Source: Savitreella phatthalungensis
Taxonomy: Eukaryota
NCBI GenBank assembly: GCA_051599415.1
Contig: AP039698.1
Coordinates: 124,001-188,000 of the forward strand
DNA length: 64,000 nt
Direction of reading: 5' to 3'
Positions 32,076 through 42,396 of the stretch are shown here, in pieces. The first letter of the stretch is position 1; each line of letters opens with the position of its first letter. Both the position numbers and the translations under genes were made by a program. The notes beneath the pieces are model-generated. The model made no database searches. It was not told the origin of the DNA and was given only the letters and a program-made list of their open reading frames with translations.

Positions 32076-34631
32076 TTACATTGACCACTGCTCATCATCA
32101 GCGTCATCGCGATCGTCCGGATAGTGGTCTTTGGGACTTGGCCATGGGGTGTAGGGCGCCTTCTCGACCGTCGGCGCGTCTCTGAGTGCGGACGGACAGT
32201 CGTCTGGATACTCTTCGCGCAGGTCTGCTGCTGGTAGGAACGCGTTTGATCGACGGTCGAATCGGACAAAGTACTTACCGATCTCTTCCGCTGCACACAA
32301 TCGCTTGACGGATTCTTGACCTGCCTCGAGTTCGCGGTCGTAGGCCGCACGCATCCGCGCACGGGCTGCTTCACTCGCAGTCGTCCCCGCAGATTCGCTT
32401 CCTGCGGGTGCGCCGTCGCCATGGCCGTCATGCGCGCCGATAGCTGCCATGATGCCCCTCGCGTAATCTGGCTCGTCATCATCATCGTTGTCATCATCAT
32501 AGTCATCTTCATCATCATCGTCATTATCATGGTCGTCATTGTGTCGATCGTCTTCTTCCTCTCCGTCTTCTTCTTCATCGTCGTCATGTAGGCCGACAGC
32601 TGCGGCTGCGGTGCGACGTGCGGCTGCTAGGAGTGATGCCATTGCTAGCCTGTGCCAGGGCAGCCTGTCGTCGAAAGTGCCTGTGCGACGGGTACCTTCG
32701 GCGTCTTCAATCGCTTCAACTGCTGCTGCTGCAGTGGCCGCGTCCATGACGTCGTTCCTGTGCATGCCTCCTCTAGGATTCTCGCGTGAGCGGGAGGATG
32801 CGTCTGGGAGGATGTTGGCTCGCCTGCGTCGCTTACGTGATCGTCCTGATCCAGTGGTCTCTCCACGCCGATTTTTATTTGTTGTTCGCGCGACCCGTGG
32901 CTTCGCCAGCGGGAGGACGTTCTCCTGCGCGACGTACCGTACAGATTCGTCCGCAACGAGGACGTGGTAGAACGGCTGGTACCGGCCGTATGGTAGCGAG
33001 TCGACGCGCATCTGGACGATCCAGTTCTCGGTCTGATCGCAGAACGCATCCCAGCCTGTGATGACGCCGTAGTATCCAAACAGCCGATGCCTGAAGACGG
33101 TACCTACGGTGTGTAGGATCTCACGAGGCTGCTCGTGTCGGCGCTTCGGTGTGCGCACTGCGACGTCGTTCAGCCGTGTCCTCAAAAAAGTGTCCTGCCA
33201 GTCGGGTAGGGGCGTGTTGGCGTCAGCCTCGGCAGGAGGCAGACTCTCTGCCAGATCGGCCTCCCACAGGGGTATGTCATACGGAAAGTGGATGGCAACA
33301 AGTGCAGAGAACTGCGTCTCCGCAAGCGGCCCTCTAGATCCGCCCATTCGAAGAGCTGTCAGGGCAGCATACAACGCTGGCATGCCCTGTGATGACACTG
33401 CTCCGCGCTCGATTCTGTCGAAAATGTTGCGAGCGCATCTGGTGACAAGCGCAACAGGGGAACAACCAGTGAGCTCTGCGTCGAGGTGATCTATTGCGAG
33501 TCCCGAATTGCGCATCGTCACTAGGAGGTCTTCACGGGTATATATAGCGTGACCGTCCCAGGGCGAGACGTACAGCTTCTCCACGATGCTATTGCTCGAT
33601 GCAGGGGCAGGCTTCGGTGTGAAGACGGCGAGCATCTTGCCTGGAAAGCTTACGGGCTTTGCGTCGAAGCCAAGGGCATCTGCGACCGCGCAGAAGATGG
33701 CAACCATGTTGATTGGAATACTAGGCACATGGTTCTCGATCACAGGCCCTAGAAAGGCGCACTCCAACTCGCTCTGCAAGACGCCTTGAGCTGGTAGGAT
33801 TCCCTCTCTGCCGATGATAAAGCCGATGGCGGCAATCTGAAGTCCCGGTGGGAGATCATGCAGTCTTTGCTGCCCTAGATTGTGGAAATCACACACGGCT
33901 TCGAGGGCGGCATCGAGATGTTCGGCGATGAGGCCGTGAATGTAGGCTTGGAGGTCAATGAAGTTGAGGATGCTGGGTTGACCTCGAAGGAGGCTCACGG
34001 CGGCCAGGCCGTAAAGGCTCTTGAACGCATCGGAGCAAGGCAGCGGATCGGTTGTTGCGTGTTTGCTGATGCGCCGCAGGATTGTGAAACCAAGCTGCCG
34101 ACACAGATGCTGCTCTAGCTGTCTGCAGTGGTAGTCGACAGCGTAGTGACCTTTTCTGCGACCGAAGGCCATACGATATGCTCGGAGGCCATCAACGTTG
34201 TCGAGAAATCCCCGAGACACAGTCTCAACAACCTTCAATCTTCCCTTTCGCTCGTTCACAGCCGCTTCGATATGCGCGCCAAGCTGCCGATCATCCGCAC
34301 GGCGCTGCATGAATCGTGTGTAGGCGGACTCCTCAGGCAGATGGCCCGGCCGGGTTGGAGAACCACCGGATTGACTCGGTCGCCGTGTGGACCGCTGGCG
34401 GGGTGGGGTGAAGATCTCTGTGAGCAGGTCGTTAGAGACTTGCCATGTGCTTGAGAGATAGTGATGCCAGATATCGGATGCCATGATGCGGTCTCTGATG
34501 AAGTAGCTGGTCTGCATGAGTGCAAGCGCATCGGAAGGACATGGTAGACGGTAAAGCACGGCATCAAGCAATTCGGCTGGCAGGTTTTCGAAGCGCGATT
34601 CTTGAGAGTGCGCTTCCTGACCCTCGTTCAT
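32076..34631 (-). CDS. FBXO21-like protein: F-box, transglutaminase-like (SirB1) core and YccV/HspQ-like domain
   Basis: FENLPAELLDAVL (F-box), IPINMVAIFCAVA..PVSFPG, VGTVFRHRLFGYYGVITGWD..QPFYHVL..RYVAQEN and GKYF.RFD....F.P..LREEYPDD. Confidence 0.85.
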   Translation of the reverse strand: MNEGQEAHSQESRFENLPAELLDAVLYRLPCPSDALALMQTSYFIRDRIMASDIWHHYLSSTWQVSNDLLTEIFTPPRQRSTRRPSQSGGSPTRPGHLPEESAYTRFMQRRADDRQLGAHIEAAVNERKGRLKVVETVSRGFLDNVDGLRAYRMAFGRRKGHYAVDYHCRQLEQHLCRQLGFTILRRISKHATTDPLPCSDAFKSLYGLAAVSLLRGQPSILNFIDLQAYIHGLIAEHLDAALEAVCDFHNLGQQRLHDLPPGLQIAAIGFIIGREGILPAQGVLQSELECAFLGPVIENHVPSIPINMVAIFCAVADALGFDAKPVSFPGKMLAVFTPKPAPASSNSIVEKLYVSPWDGHAIYTREDLLVTMRNSGLAIDHLDAELTGCSPVALVTRCARNIFDRIERGAVSSQGMPALYAALTALRMGGSRGPLAETQFSALVAIHFPYDIPLWEADLAESLPPAEADANTPLPDWQDTFLRTRLNDVAVRTPKRRHEQPREILHTVGTVFRHRLFGYYGVITGWDAFCDQTENWIVQMRVDSLPYGRYQPFYHVLVADESVRYVAQENVLPLAKPRVARTTNKNRRGETTGSGRSRKRRRRANILPDASSRSRENPRGGMHRNDVMDAATAAAAVEAIEDAEGTRRTGTFDDRLPWHRLAMASLLAAARRTAAAAVGLHDDDEEEDGEEEDDRHNDDHDNDDDDEDDYDDDNDDDDEPDYARGIMAAIGAHDGHGDGAPAGSESAGTTASEAARARMRAAYDRELEAGQESVKRLCAAEEIGKYFVRFDRRSNAFLPAADLREEYPDDCPSALRDAPTVEKAPYTPWPSPKDHYPDDRDDADDEQWSM

Positions 34632-34958
34632 GACGATCGGGATACCTTGTATGGTGTAAGACGACTTAAGACGACTTATTGATTATGTACTTTGTATGCG
34701 TCTGGTTTCTTTGTGCACAGACCTCACGTCATCTACTGCATAATGAGACGTTTGTCCATACACAATGATTGTACGAGAGACTTCCCCCACATTGTACCGT
34801 TAATAAACATTTCAGAGGCACGAGTATTGCCAGGTGGACTTCCGCACAGTGATGGAAACAAGGAGGATCACGAGCATGGAGTGCTGCAGTTTTTGAATGA
34901 ACAAGTCAGAGGTCAGTTGGTAGAATGGGTAATGTACGTGAGTAAGTGAAGGGAGGTT

Positions 34959-36488
34959 CTAGAAGTGGATGGCCTTGGAGTAGGTTGCCATGGCGGCTTC
35001 CTTGAATGCTTCTGAGAGAGTTGGGTGAGCATGACAGGTACGAGCAATGTCTTCTGACGATGCGCCGTACTCAATGGCGAGTACTGCCTCTGCGATCATT
35101 TCTCCTGCGTTGGGACCCATGATGTGGACGCCGAGGACACGGTCGGTTTCCTTATCTGCGATGAACTTGACGAGTCCTTCTGCGTCTGCGTTCGTCTTTG
35201 CACGCGAGTTGGCGGAGAATGGGAAGGAGCCAACGTTGTAAGGCCGTCCGGACTCCTTGACCTGAGCCTCGGTCTGACCGACCCATGCGACCTCAGGGTG
35301 CGTGTACATGACCGATGGGATGGCACCATAGTTGACGTGACCGTGACCGGTGGCAATCATCTCTGCCACCGCGACGCCTTCCTCCTCAGCCTTGTGGGCA
35401 AGCATGGCGCCGAAGGTGACGTCGCCGATGACACGAATGTGCGGCTTGCTGGTACGGTACTCGTCGTCGATGACAATGCGTCCACGGTCGTCCTTCTCGA
35501 TTCCGACGTTCTCGAGTCCGAGTCCTGTGGTGTATGGACGACGGCCGATGGCAACAAGGCAGACATCACCCTTCAGAGTCTCCTGCTTGCCACCCTTGGC
35601 AGCCTCAACCTCGACAACGACACCTTCACCCTCGACCTTGCCAGAAAGGACCTTTGTGGAGGTTTTGAGCTCGATGCCTTGCTTCTTGAGCAACTTTGTG
35701 AATGCCTTTGACATGTCGACGTCCATACCTGCGCCGATGGCTGGCAGGTACTCGACCACGGTCACTTTTGCGCCTAGACGTGCCCAGACGCTGCCGAGCT
35801 CGAGACCGATGATACCGCCACCGATGACAATCATGTGTTCTGGAACCTTCTGGAGGTCGAGTGCGCCGGTCGATGAGACAATCTTGCGCTCATCGAACTC
35901 GATGCCAGGGAACGGGGTGGCTTCCGAGCCGGTGGCGATGATGATGTTCTTTGCACGGACCTGAGTGTCCTTCTCACCTTCGACCGCCTTGATATCGACT
36001 GTGTGCTCGTCGACAAACTTGCCTGATCCCTTGAAGTACTGGACACCGTTCTTTTTGAACAGGTACTCGATACCCTTTGTGAGGTTGGAGACTGCGGTGT
36101 CCTTTGCCTTGAGCATGACTGGCAGGTTGAGATCTACTTGGCCGACATCGATGCCACGTGATTTTGTGTCGTGGAGGATTGTGTGGTAGATGTGAGAGTT
36201 GTTGAGCATGGCCTTTGAAGGGATGCAGCCGACGTTGAGACAGGTTCCGCCGAGAGCTCCACGCTTTTCCACACAACCAGTCTTGAGACCTGCCTGAGCT
36301 GCCTTGATGGCTGCGACATAACCACCTGGTCCGCCACCGATGACTAGGACGTCTAGCTCATCTGCCTCTGAAGCGTATCCGCGGCGTGATTGGCGAAGTG
36401 CATATGTGGATGTGAGTGTGGATGATGTGAAGAGTGATGCAGGAGTGGATGATCCACGCAAGAGGGAGCGCGTTGGTAACCGCAGCAT
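34959..36488 (-). CDS. LPD1: Dihydrolipoamide dehydrogenase (E3), mitochondrial
   Basis: [20 protein letters not shown] redox disulfide, HAHPTLSEA and a presequence ending RRGYAS. Confidence 0.98.
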   Translation of the reverse strand: MLRLPTRSLLRGSSTPASLFTSSTLTSTYALRQSRRGYASEADELDVLVIGGGPGGYVAAIKAAQAGLKTGCVEKRGALGGTCLNVGCIPSKAMLNNSHIYHTILHDTKSRGIDVGQVDLNLPVMLKAKDTAVSNLTKGIEYLFKKNGVQYFKGSGKFVDEHTVDIKAVEGEKDTQVRAKNIIIATGSEATPFPGIEFDERKIVSSTGALDLQKVPEHMIVIGGGIIGLELGSVWARLGAKVTVVEYLPAIGAGMDVDMSKAFTKLLKKQGIELKTSTKVLSGKVEGEGVVVEVEAAKGGKQETLKGDVCLVAIGRRPYTTGLGLENVGIEKDDRGRIVIDDEYRTSKPHIRVIGDVTFGAMLAHKAEEEGVAVAEMIATGHGHVNYGAIPSVMYTHPEVAWVGQTEAQVKESGRPYNVGSFPFSANSRAKTNADAEGLVKFIADKETDRVLGVHIMGPNAGEMIAEAVLAIEYGASSEDIARTCHAHPTLSEAFKEAAMATYSKAIHF

Positions 36489-37533
36489 CCTGGAGGAGAT
36501 AGAAGGGGATGAAAGAGGGGGACGGAGAAGGTGAGAGAGAGGTTGTGGTTAAAGATGAAAGATGGAAGGTGAAGATGGAAGATGGAAGATGAAGACGTAT
36601 GTGTGGAAAGTTATTGAATGGGATGCTTGATTGAAGTTTTGACTATGCACGGCCGGGCGTGTGTATGGACAATTGGGTTCTAGAGCCTTAATTAGGTAAC
36701 GGGATCGATCGATACAATACTGTATTTGAGTGGGTACTGTGGGTGGGTGGGTGGATGAGTGAGTGAGTGAATAAATGAGTGTAATTGATTGATCGCTTGA
36801 TAGAGTCAGTGGGTGGGTGTGCACGCGTGGATGGATGGATGGATACAATACGTGGGATTCAGATTCTATACTTCTGGAGTCTGACTTTTATTCAACTTTG
36901 TAAGCCTTTCTTGTATCCTCCAGACGCTTTTCGTTCTAGTCTGCATCTTACTTGAGCTTGATATAGGTTACTTCTATCTGGTCTTGGTCAAGTAGATTGA
37001 TTGCTTCATTCGATGGATGGTTCTGGGCTAGGCGAACAAGTCTCCCAATTTTAGTTCAAAAGTTATCATCTCAAACAAGGTGAAATTTGTATTTGACCCT
37101 TGGCAGATTCATGAGTCAAAATTCTGAAACGCAGCCAGTACAAATTCATGACCCGGAATCCACCGCGGAAATCCCACATATTTCATCGTATAATCCATAT
37201 TTGAAACTTTCTGAAACGGCACGAGATCGGAACCTCAATACAGGAATCTCTGTTACTCCTTCTACTTCTCATCCTTCTTCTCCTTCTTCTCCTTCTTCAT
37301 CGTCTTCTGCACTGGGTGGATGGATGGACGGATGAATGAATGAATTCTACCTTACTTCTTACACATCCCATACGTGTGACTATGGTAGTAGATCATGTGA
37401 GGTCTTGATCTAGTATCTCATTTGCCTCCTTCCTTTTCATCAGTAACTAGAATCCCCGCCCCCAATTCCACAATGCATATACTCTCTATGTCCAGTCGTC
37501 TGTCTCATCGTTATCCCACATAGTAGCGCTCGC

Positions 37534-39156
37534 CTAGCTCGATTGACCACCGTCGTCTTGGTCGCCCACCAATGCACGCTCACACCATCTTGCTAGCCTG
37601 ATGGAAGGTGCATCAATTGCCTTGGTTGCCAGCTCTGCCACGTACAGCATCACTGGCAGGCTGATTGCCACACAGAACAGGAACCTAGGTTCTAGACCGT
37701 ATGGACCACCTGCGAGATCCGGGATTCTATTGAGGATTGGCACCGGCAGGGTTCTCATGATCCCGACCCAGCCTGCAAAAGTGTCGTATTGGTCTGGCGC
37801 AGGTAGCTTGACTTCGGTGGCGTAGAATAGGCGCTCGCTGACGATGCCAATGACAGGACCATGGGTGAGGTAGAGTGCGAATGAGTGTCTCGCGAGGTAC
37901 TGTGCTGTCCTTCGTGTCAGGATCGATCTGATCCATTTGATGTTTCTGCATCCGAGAAAGGTCAGGGATGCGCCTGGGAACAGCCAGAACCACTTGTAGT
38001 GGCCGCCAAATGGCTCAGACAGGTACTCCTTACCAATCGCCAGGGACAACACGGTCCATGGGAACCCGCACGGCACCATCGCTTCGTCAGGATTGATCCC
38101 ATGAGAAGGCGTACCGCCGAGCACGAGACCCATCACAAGAACACCGTGCCAGAAAAGTCCTCTGATGTCCTCGTTCGCGGCTAGATACCGCCTGATGCCA
38201 TCCCACGGCATTCTGTCGCCTTGTGGAATCTGGCCCTGGTGGTGCGAGGGCGGATGACGGGAGTAGACGAGATCGCACTCGCCAACGAGGAGACCGAAGA
38301 GGAAGCAGGCGTAGAATGCACCTCTGCCGGCGTACAGAAAATATGGGATGAGGGCGATGGTCGCAAGTGCTCTTCGCCTCGGCGGGAATGTTTGTGCTGA
38401 CAACAGCCAGCCGAAACACAGCAACGAGCCTCTCAACTCGACTGGGAGTGTCCAGGTGTGAATATTGTACATGGTGTAGAGCTCATCTCCTTTTCTGAGA
38501 GGATTGCTAAATTGGACCATCTCCCTTGCCCAGTGCCTGAGCTCTGCGAGCAGGGTGGGCTGATGCTCCGGCCAAGGGGTCGCGACGCCTGTCACGTGCC
38601 AGACAAACACGAGTGCCAGGGTGGACAGGTAGACCGGGACAAAGAGCCTGATGGCCCTGCGGAGGAAGCCCGACTGGATGGATGCCGCGAAGGCCTCCGT
38701 CTTGCCCGCGTGCAGGTATGTGAGGGGTGACCGCGTGAGTGCATAACCCGAGATCACGAAAAACAGCATCACGGCAAAGTGTCCTCCCACAAACAGGAGT
38801 CTGACGATCGGCAGTGCGATCGGCGACCGCTGGATGTAGAGACCGTCAGGTCTGGTGAAGTCAATGACCGTCTGGCCAAGGCATGCGTCAGCGCTAGGGT
38901 GCGTGTAGATCGTCAGGTGCACGATGCACACCACAAGTGCAGCAACCCCGCGTAGACCATCCAGCCAGCCAGTCTCTCCCTCACGCACTCGTCCGGGAAG
39001 ACGTCTCAGGAATACTTCAGGCCTTAAGAAGTCCACCGTCCGACGCAAGATCGATCGGTTGTCGGGCTGTGTGCGTGGTGATGCGAATGAGTGGGATCCG
39101 CCATCGAGCGTGATGCCAAGCCCTGTGGTAGAGCCTTCAAGAAAAGAATCCGACAT
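37534..39156 (-). CDS. Acyltransferase-3 family (membrane O-acyl/acetyltransferase)
   Basis: WLDGLRGVAA, FFVISGYAL, RRAIRL, WTLPVELRGS and SFALYLTH, with multiple TM segments. Confidence 0.88.
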   Translation of the reverse strand: MSDSFLEGSTTGLGITLDGGSHSFASPRTQPDNRSILRRTVDFLRPEVFLRRLPGRVREGETGWLDGLRGVAALVVCIVHLTIYTHPSADACLGQTVIDFTRPDGLYIQRSPIALPIVRLLFVGGHFAVMLFFVISGYALTRSPLTYLHAGKTEAFAASIQSGFLRRAIRLFVPVYLSTLALVFVWHVTGVATPWPEHQPTLLAELRHWAREMVQFSNPLRKGDELYTMYNIHTWTLPVELRGSLLCFGWLLSAQTFPPRRRALATIALIPYFLYAGRGAFYACFLFGLLVGECDLVYSRHPPSHHQGQIPQGDRMPWDGIRRYLAANEDIRGLFWHGVLVMGLVLGGTPSHGINPDEAMVPCGFPWTVLSLAIGKEYLSEPFGGHYKWFWLFPGASLTFLGCRNIKWIRSILTRRTAQYLARHSFALYLTHGPVIGIVSERLFYATEVKLPAPDQYDTFAGWVGIMRTLPVPILNRIPDLAGGPYGLEPRFLFCVAISLPVMLYVAELATKAIDAPSIRLARWCERALVGDQDDGGQSS

Positions 39157-39298
39157 TCAAGAAGAAACTTTGCCAAGATAAGAAAGCGTTACAACATGGG
39201 CGACGACTGACCAAGAGACCAAGCCTTCAGGAAAGTGATGCGCTGTGGTATGGTCAATGATATGGAGGCAGAGGCGCGCCTGTAGTTGTACGAGGTAG

Positions 39299-39425
39299 GT
39301 GTGTGTGTGTGTGTGTATTCGAGAGCATGTGTTTATAGGATCCCCGCTTTGAGTTGGTGCTGATGATTGATGTTTGTGCATTCATTCGATGGTTGAATTA
39401 AGTGTGAGTGTGAGTGTGAGTGTGA
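39299..39425. repeat. (TG)n and (GAGTGT)n microsatellites in the acyltransferase/CHO1 divergent promoter
   Basis: TG run at about 39299-39315 and AGTGTG array at about 39402-39425. Confidence 0.8.
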
Positions 39426-39597
39426 CCATGGATTTCAATCAACCCAAACAGGTTTATTGGTCTTTGGCCGGTGACGACACTCTCAAACCAGTCAGAAACT
39501 CCTTCCTTTGTCCATCAACAGACAACACGCTCTAGAACTGATAGAGTCAAGTCAAGCCCTACACAGTAGTACTGATAGCTCTATCGGTCAGCATATC

Positions 39598-40624
39598 ATG
39601 GTCACTGTGAAGCGGCCTCTTCAAGCAGGCAGTAAGTCCTACACTTTCCCCTACTCTACCTTCCATCACTGACACACGATTTTCTCCAAACAGAAGAAGC
39701 TGAAGCGAAGCTGATCGAGTACGTCACATCGACCGGCCACTTCTCTCTCTGTATATCACTCTCCTATCCTTGGTTTTCCTCCTGCTGACGACTCTAGTAC
39801 GTAACTTGCATGTGGCAGACTACATCACGCTGGTGAACGGTGCGTCTGGACTGCTATCGATTCTGAGTTCAGTACGGTACGCTCGGAATGTGACTGCGCT
39901 GATCACCGCGCAGTCGTATCACCAACTGTCTCGGCCACTGCCGGGATCCCTGACATCACACCTGTCGCTCGGCGCGCCGTCTTCCGGTGGACTTGTGAGC
40001 TGGGAGTACGAGTCGATGTGCGCGAGGTATGCTTACTGGTCGATCTTGTGGATTGTGATTGGGACTGTTGCTGATGTGCTTGATGGGAAGGTTGCTCGGT
40101 GGCGACGTCGTTCGTCGTTGATTGGTCAGGAGTTGGATTCGCTTGCTGATTTGGTGTCGTTTGGGGTAGCGCCTGCGACGCTTGCCTTCTGCTTGGGGTT
40201 GGATACTCGGGTTGACGCGATTATGCTCGCCTTCTTCGTCGTCTGTGGGCTCACGCGACTTGCCAGGTTCAACGTCACCGTCGGAAGCATGCACAAGGAC
40301 AAGACCGGCAAGATCGCCGCCTTCGAAGGTACACCTATCCCGACATCACTAATCCTCACTGCCGCACTCGGACTCGCAGTCTACCTAGGCTACACCGACC
40401 CGACTATTCCCTCGCGACACCCACAGCTCAACACGGCGGGACTTGGCGGTGGGATTGCTGATCTCGTCGCTGCAAACTTGTCTAGATCAGGATTCCTTCC
40501 CAACATCCCAGGCGGTCTAGTCGGCTCAATCAGCTCACCATTCAGCTTCCATCCGGCAACCCTCCTCTTTGCTGCCCTCGGATGCGCTATGGCCTCTAAG
40601 ACACTCCGCATTCCTAAATTGTAG
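39598..40624 (+). CDS. CHO1: CDP-diacylglycerol--serine O-phosphatidyltransferase; join(39598..39631,39694..39750,39798..40624), 305 aa
   Basis: CDP-alcohol phosphotransferase motif DVLDGKVAR..GQELDSLADLVSFG, plus RLARFN and FEGTPIP. Splicing introns 39632-39693 and 39751-39797 gives GHFSLLRNLHVADYIT. Confidence 0.92.
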
Positions 40625-40812
40625 TCCACAAGTAACACACAACGTAGTAGTAAACACGGTAACACAAGATTGGGTAATATAGGCTGCTCGCTCGCGATAC
40701 CGTGACTTTGTATTTGCTTTGCTAGGCTTGTGCAAGTGTGTAAGTGAGTGTTTGGGTTTCTTATCTACATCGTGGTTGCTGTTGTTGGTGGTTGAGGAAG
40801 GGAGTGTGGAGA

Positions 40813-41715
40813 TCAAGAATTGACGACGCGTAGGATTCTGCGAGAGTAGTCGAAATTATCGGCTAGAGATTCCTGTGAATTGCGCCTGCCGACCATGCCG
40901 TGGTCGAGTCGCTGGTCGAATGCTGGGACGGCTGGAAGGGGTGCGTTGTCCTGGTTCGCGGCGGATTTCGGGTTGGTCCGGAATGTGGATCCTGCTCCGA
41001 AAGCCGATCGCATCTGCGGGTTGCCGCTGCCGCGTTCAACGCGACCAGTCGCGTCGTCGTCATCATCGTCGTGCCGCCGCCGCCACCAGAACACGTACAC
41101 GAGACCGGCAATGATGGCCAAGGCAGCAATGACACCGATGATCACACCGGCGATGCCACCTGCCCCGATCCCGCCGCCGGAAGAGGACTTTGATGAGTTG
41201 GAGCTCTGCTGTGTGGAAGAAGATCGGCTGGCGCTCGTCGTTGCTGTGGCCGACGCGACGACTGTTTTGATGATAGTTGTTCCCTGCTGCTGAGAGGTGA
41301 CGATGATCGTTTGAGCGGCTGCCGTAGGTGTCGCCGTAGATGTGGTCGCGCCGTTCTTTGCAGTGCCCGTGGTTGAGGTTTGTGCTGCGGAAGTCGCGGA
41401 ACCGCCTGTGGAGAAGACGTACATGTATGAATCACCACCACAGTTGTCGCTTGGGTAGCCAGAGCATGCCAGGTTGCAGCTCGAGGACGAGACGGCCGAT
41501 CCTGAAGGTTGTGAGTTACTGCAGAGACAGTGATCACCTTGTGAGGTGGCGGCAATCGAGTAGCCTGCAGCTTTGCACTGTTCCAGACAGTAGCCCTTGC
41601 TCTGGTACAGATATGAACCGAGATCTGTGAATGAGCTATCTGTCTTGTAACAGCCAATGACAGCCTGGGCTGCGGCTGACGATGCCGCTCCCAGCAACAA
41701 GAGTCGGCGCAGCAT
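40813..41715 (-). CDS. WSC1: WSC-domain cell-wall integrity sensor (Wsc1/Slg1-like)
   Basis: Signal peptide, Cys-rich WSC domain, Ser/Thr stalk, TM segment and a cytoplasmic tail DQRLD..SLADNFDYSRRILRVVN. Confidence 0.9.
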   Translation of the reverse strand: MLRRLLLLGAASSAAAQAVIGCYKTDSSFTDLGSYLYQSKGYCLEQCKAAGYSIAATSQGDHCLCSNSQPSGSAVSSSSCNLACSGYPSDNCGGDSYMYVFSTGGSATSAAQTSTTGTAKNGATTSTATPTAAAQTIIVTSQQQGTTIIKTVVASATATTSASRSSSTQQSSNSSKSSSGGGIGAGGIAGVIIGVIAALAIIAGLVYVFWWRRRHDDDDDDATGRVERGSGNPQMRSAFGAGSTFRTNPKSAANQDNAPLPAVPAFDQRLDHGMVGRRNSQESLADNFDYSRRILRVVNS

Positions 41716-42261
41716 CTGTCGAGAGAGATGTGAGAGCAGATGCGAAGAGCAGCTGTGAGATCAAATGTGGAGGAGTGTGCGCTCCGTCCTGCCAGGCGAG
41801 AACGACTTGTTATGGGTCGATTGGTGGTCGCGCAAGAGAGAAAGAAATAGGTCGAGTGCCTGACCCTGCTGGAAGATGACCGACGAGTCGCGGCGAGCGA
41901 GAGATTGTCAATGGAAATGAGTGAAGAAAGAGTGAACGAGTGTTGTTGCAGCTCGCGAAGGAGTGTCAGGGGAAATAGAGAGAGGGATGAAGTCGCGCAG
42001 GCGCTCAGCAAAGGGAATGGTCGTGGGTTGTGTTGATGAGAGATGCGCTGATATGTGAATCGGGTATTGGCTCCGGTAGATGTTGTGTGAGTGAGAGGGT
42101 GTGTGCGCGGAAGAGAGTGTGTTGGAGAAGAACGAGGGAGCCTGTGAGGTTCCGTCAAAGGTGTATAGTCTGTGTGTGAACGTGTGCGCGTGTAGGTGTG
42201 TGTGTATGGATGAGTGAGTGAGGGAGTGAGGATGGAGGAGATGTCAGAGTTTGTCCAGGCG

Positions 42262-42396
42262 CTGTGTCTGTGTCTGTGTCTGTGTCTGTGTCTGTGTCTG
42301 TGTCTGTGCCGTGAGGTGGGTGTAGAGGAGGATAGGTTAGTGAGTGTGAGGATGAGTGTGAGTGTGAGTATGAGTATGAGTGTGAGTATGAGTGTG
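42262..42396. repeat. (CTGTGT)n and (GAGTRT)n hexamer arrays upstream of WSC1
   Basis: About 7 perfect CTGTGT copies followed by an imperfect GAGTGT/GAGTAT array. Confidence 0.9.

Noticed and set aside
35124..35964. Long antisense ORFs opposite LPD1 (similar ones lie opposite ADH, PRS1, CAB2 and CDC3)
   Set aside because: Expected from codon bias in GC-rich, highly expressed genes.
40610..40624. C-terminal PKL of Cho1 as a peroxisomal PTS1
   Set aside because: Cho1 is a polytopic membrane protein and IPK-x is the usual ending in this family.
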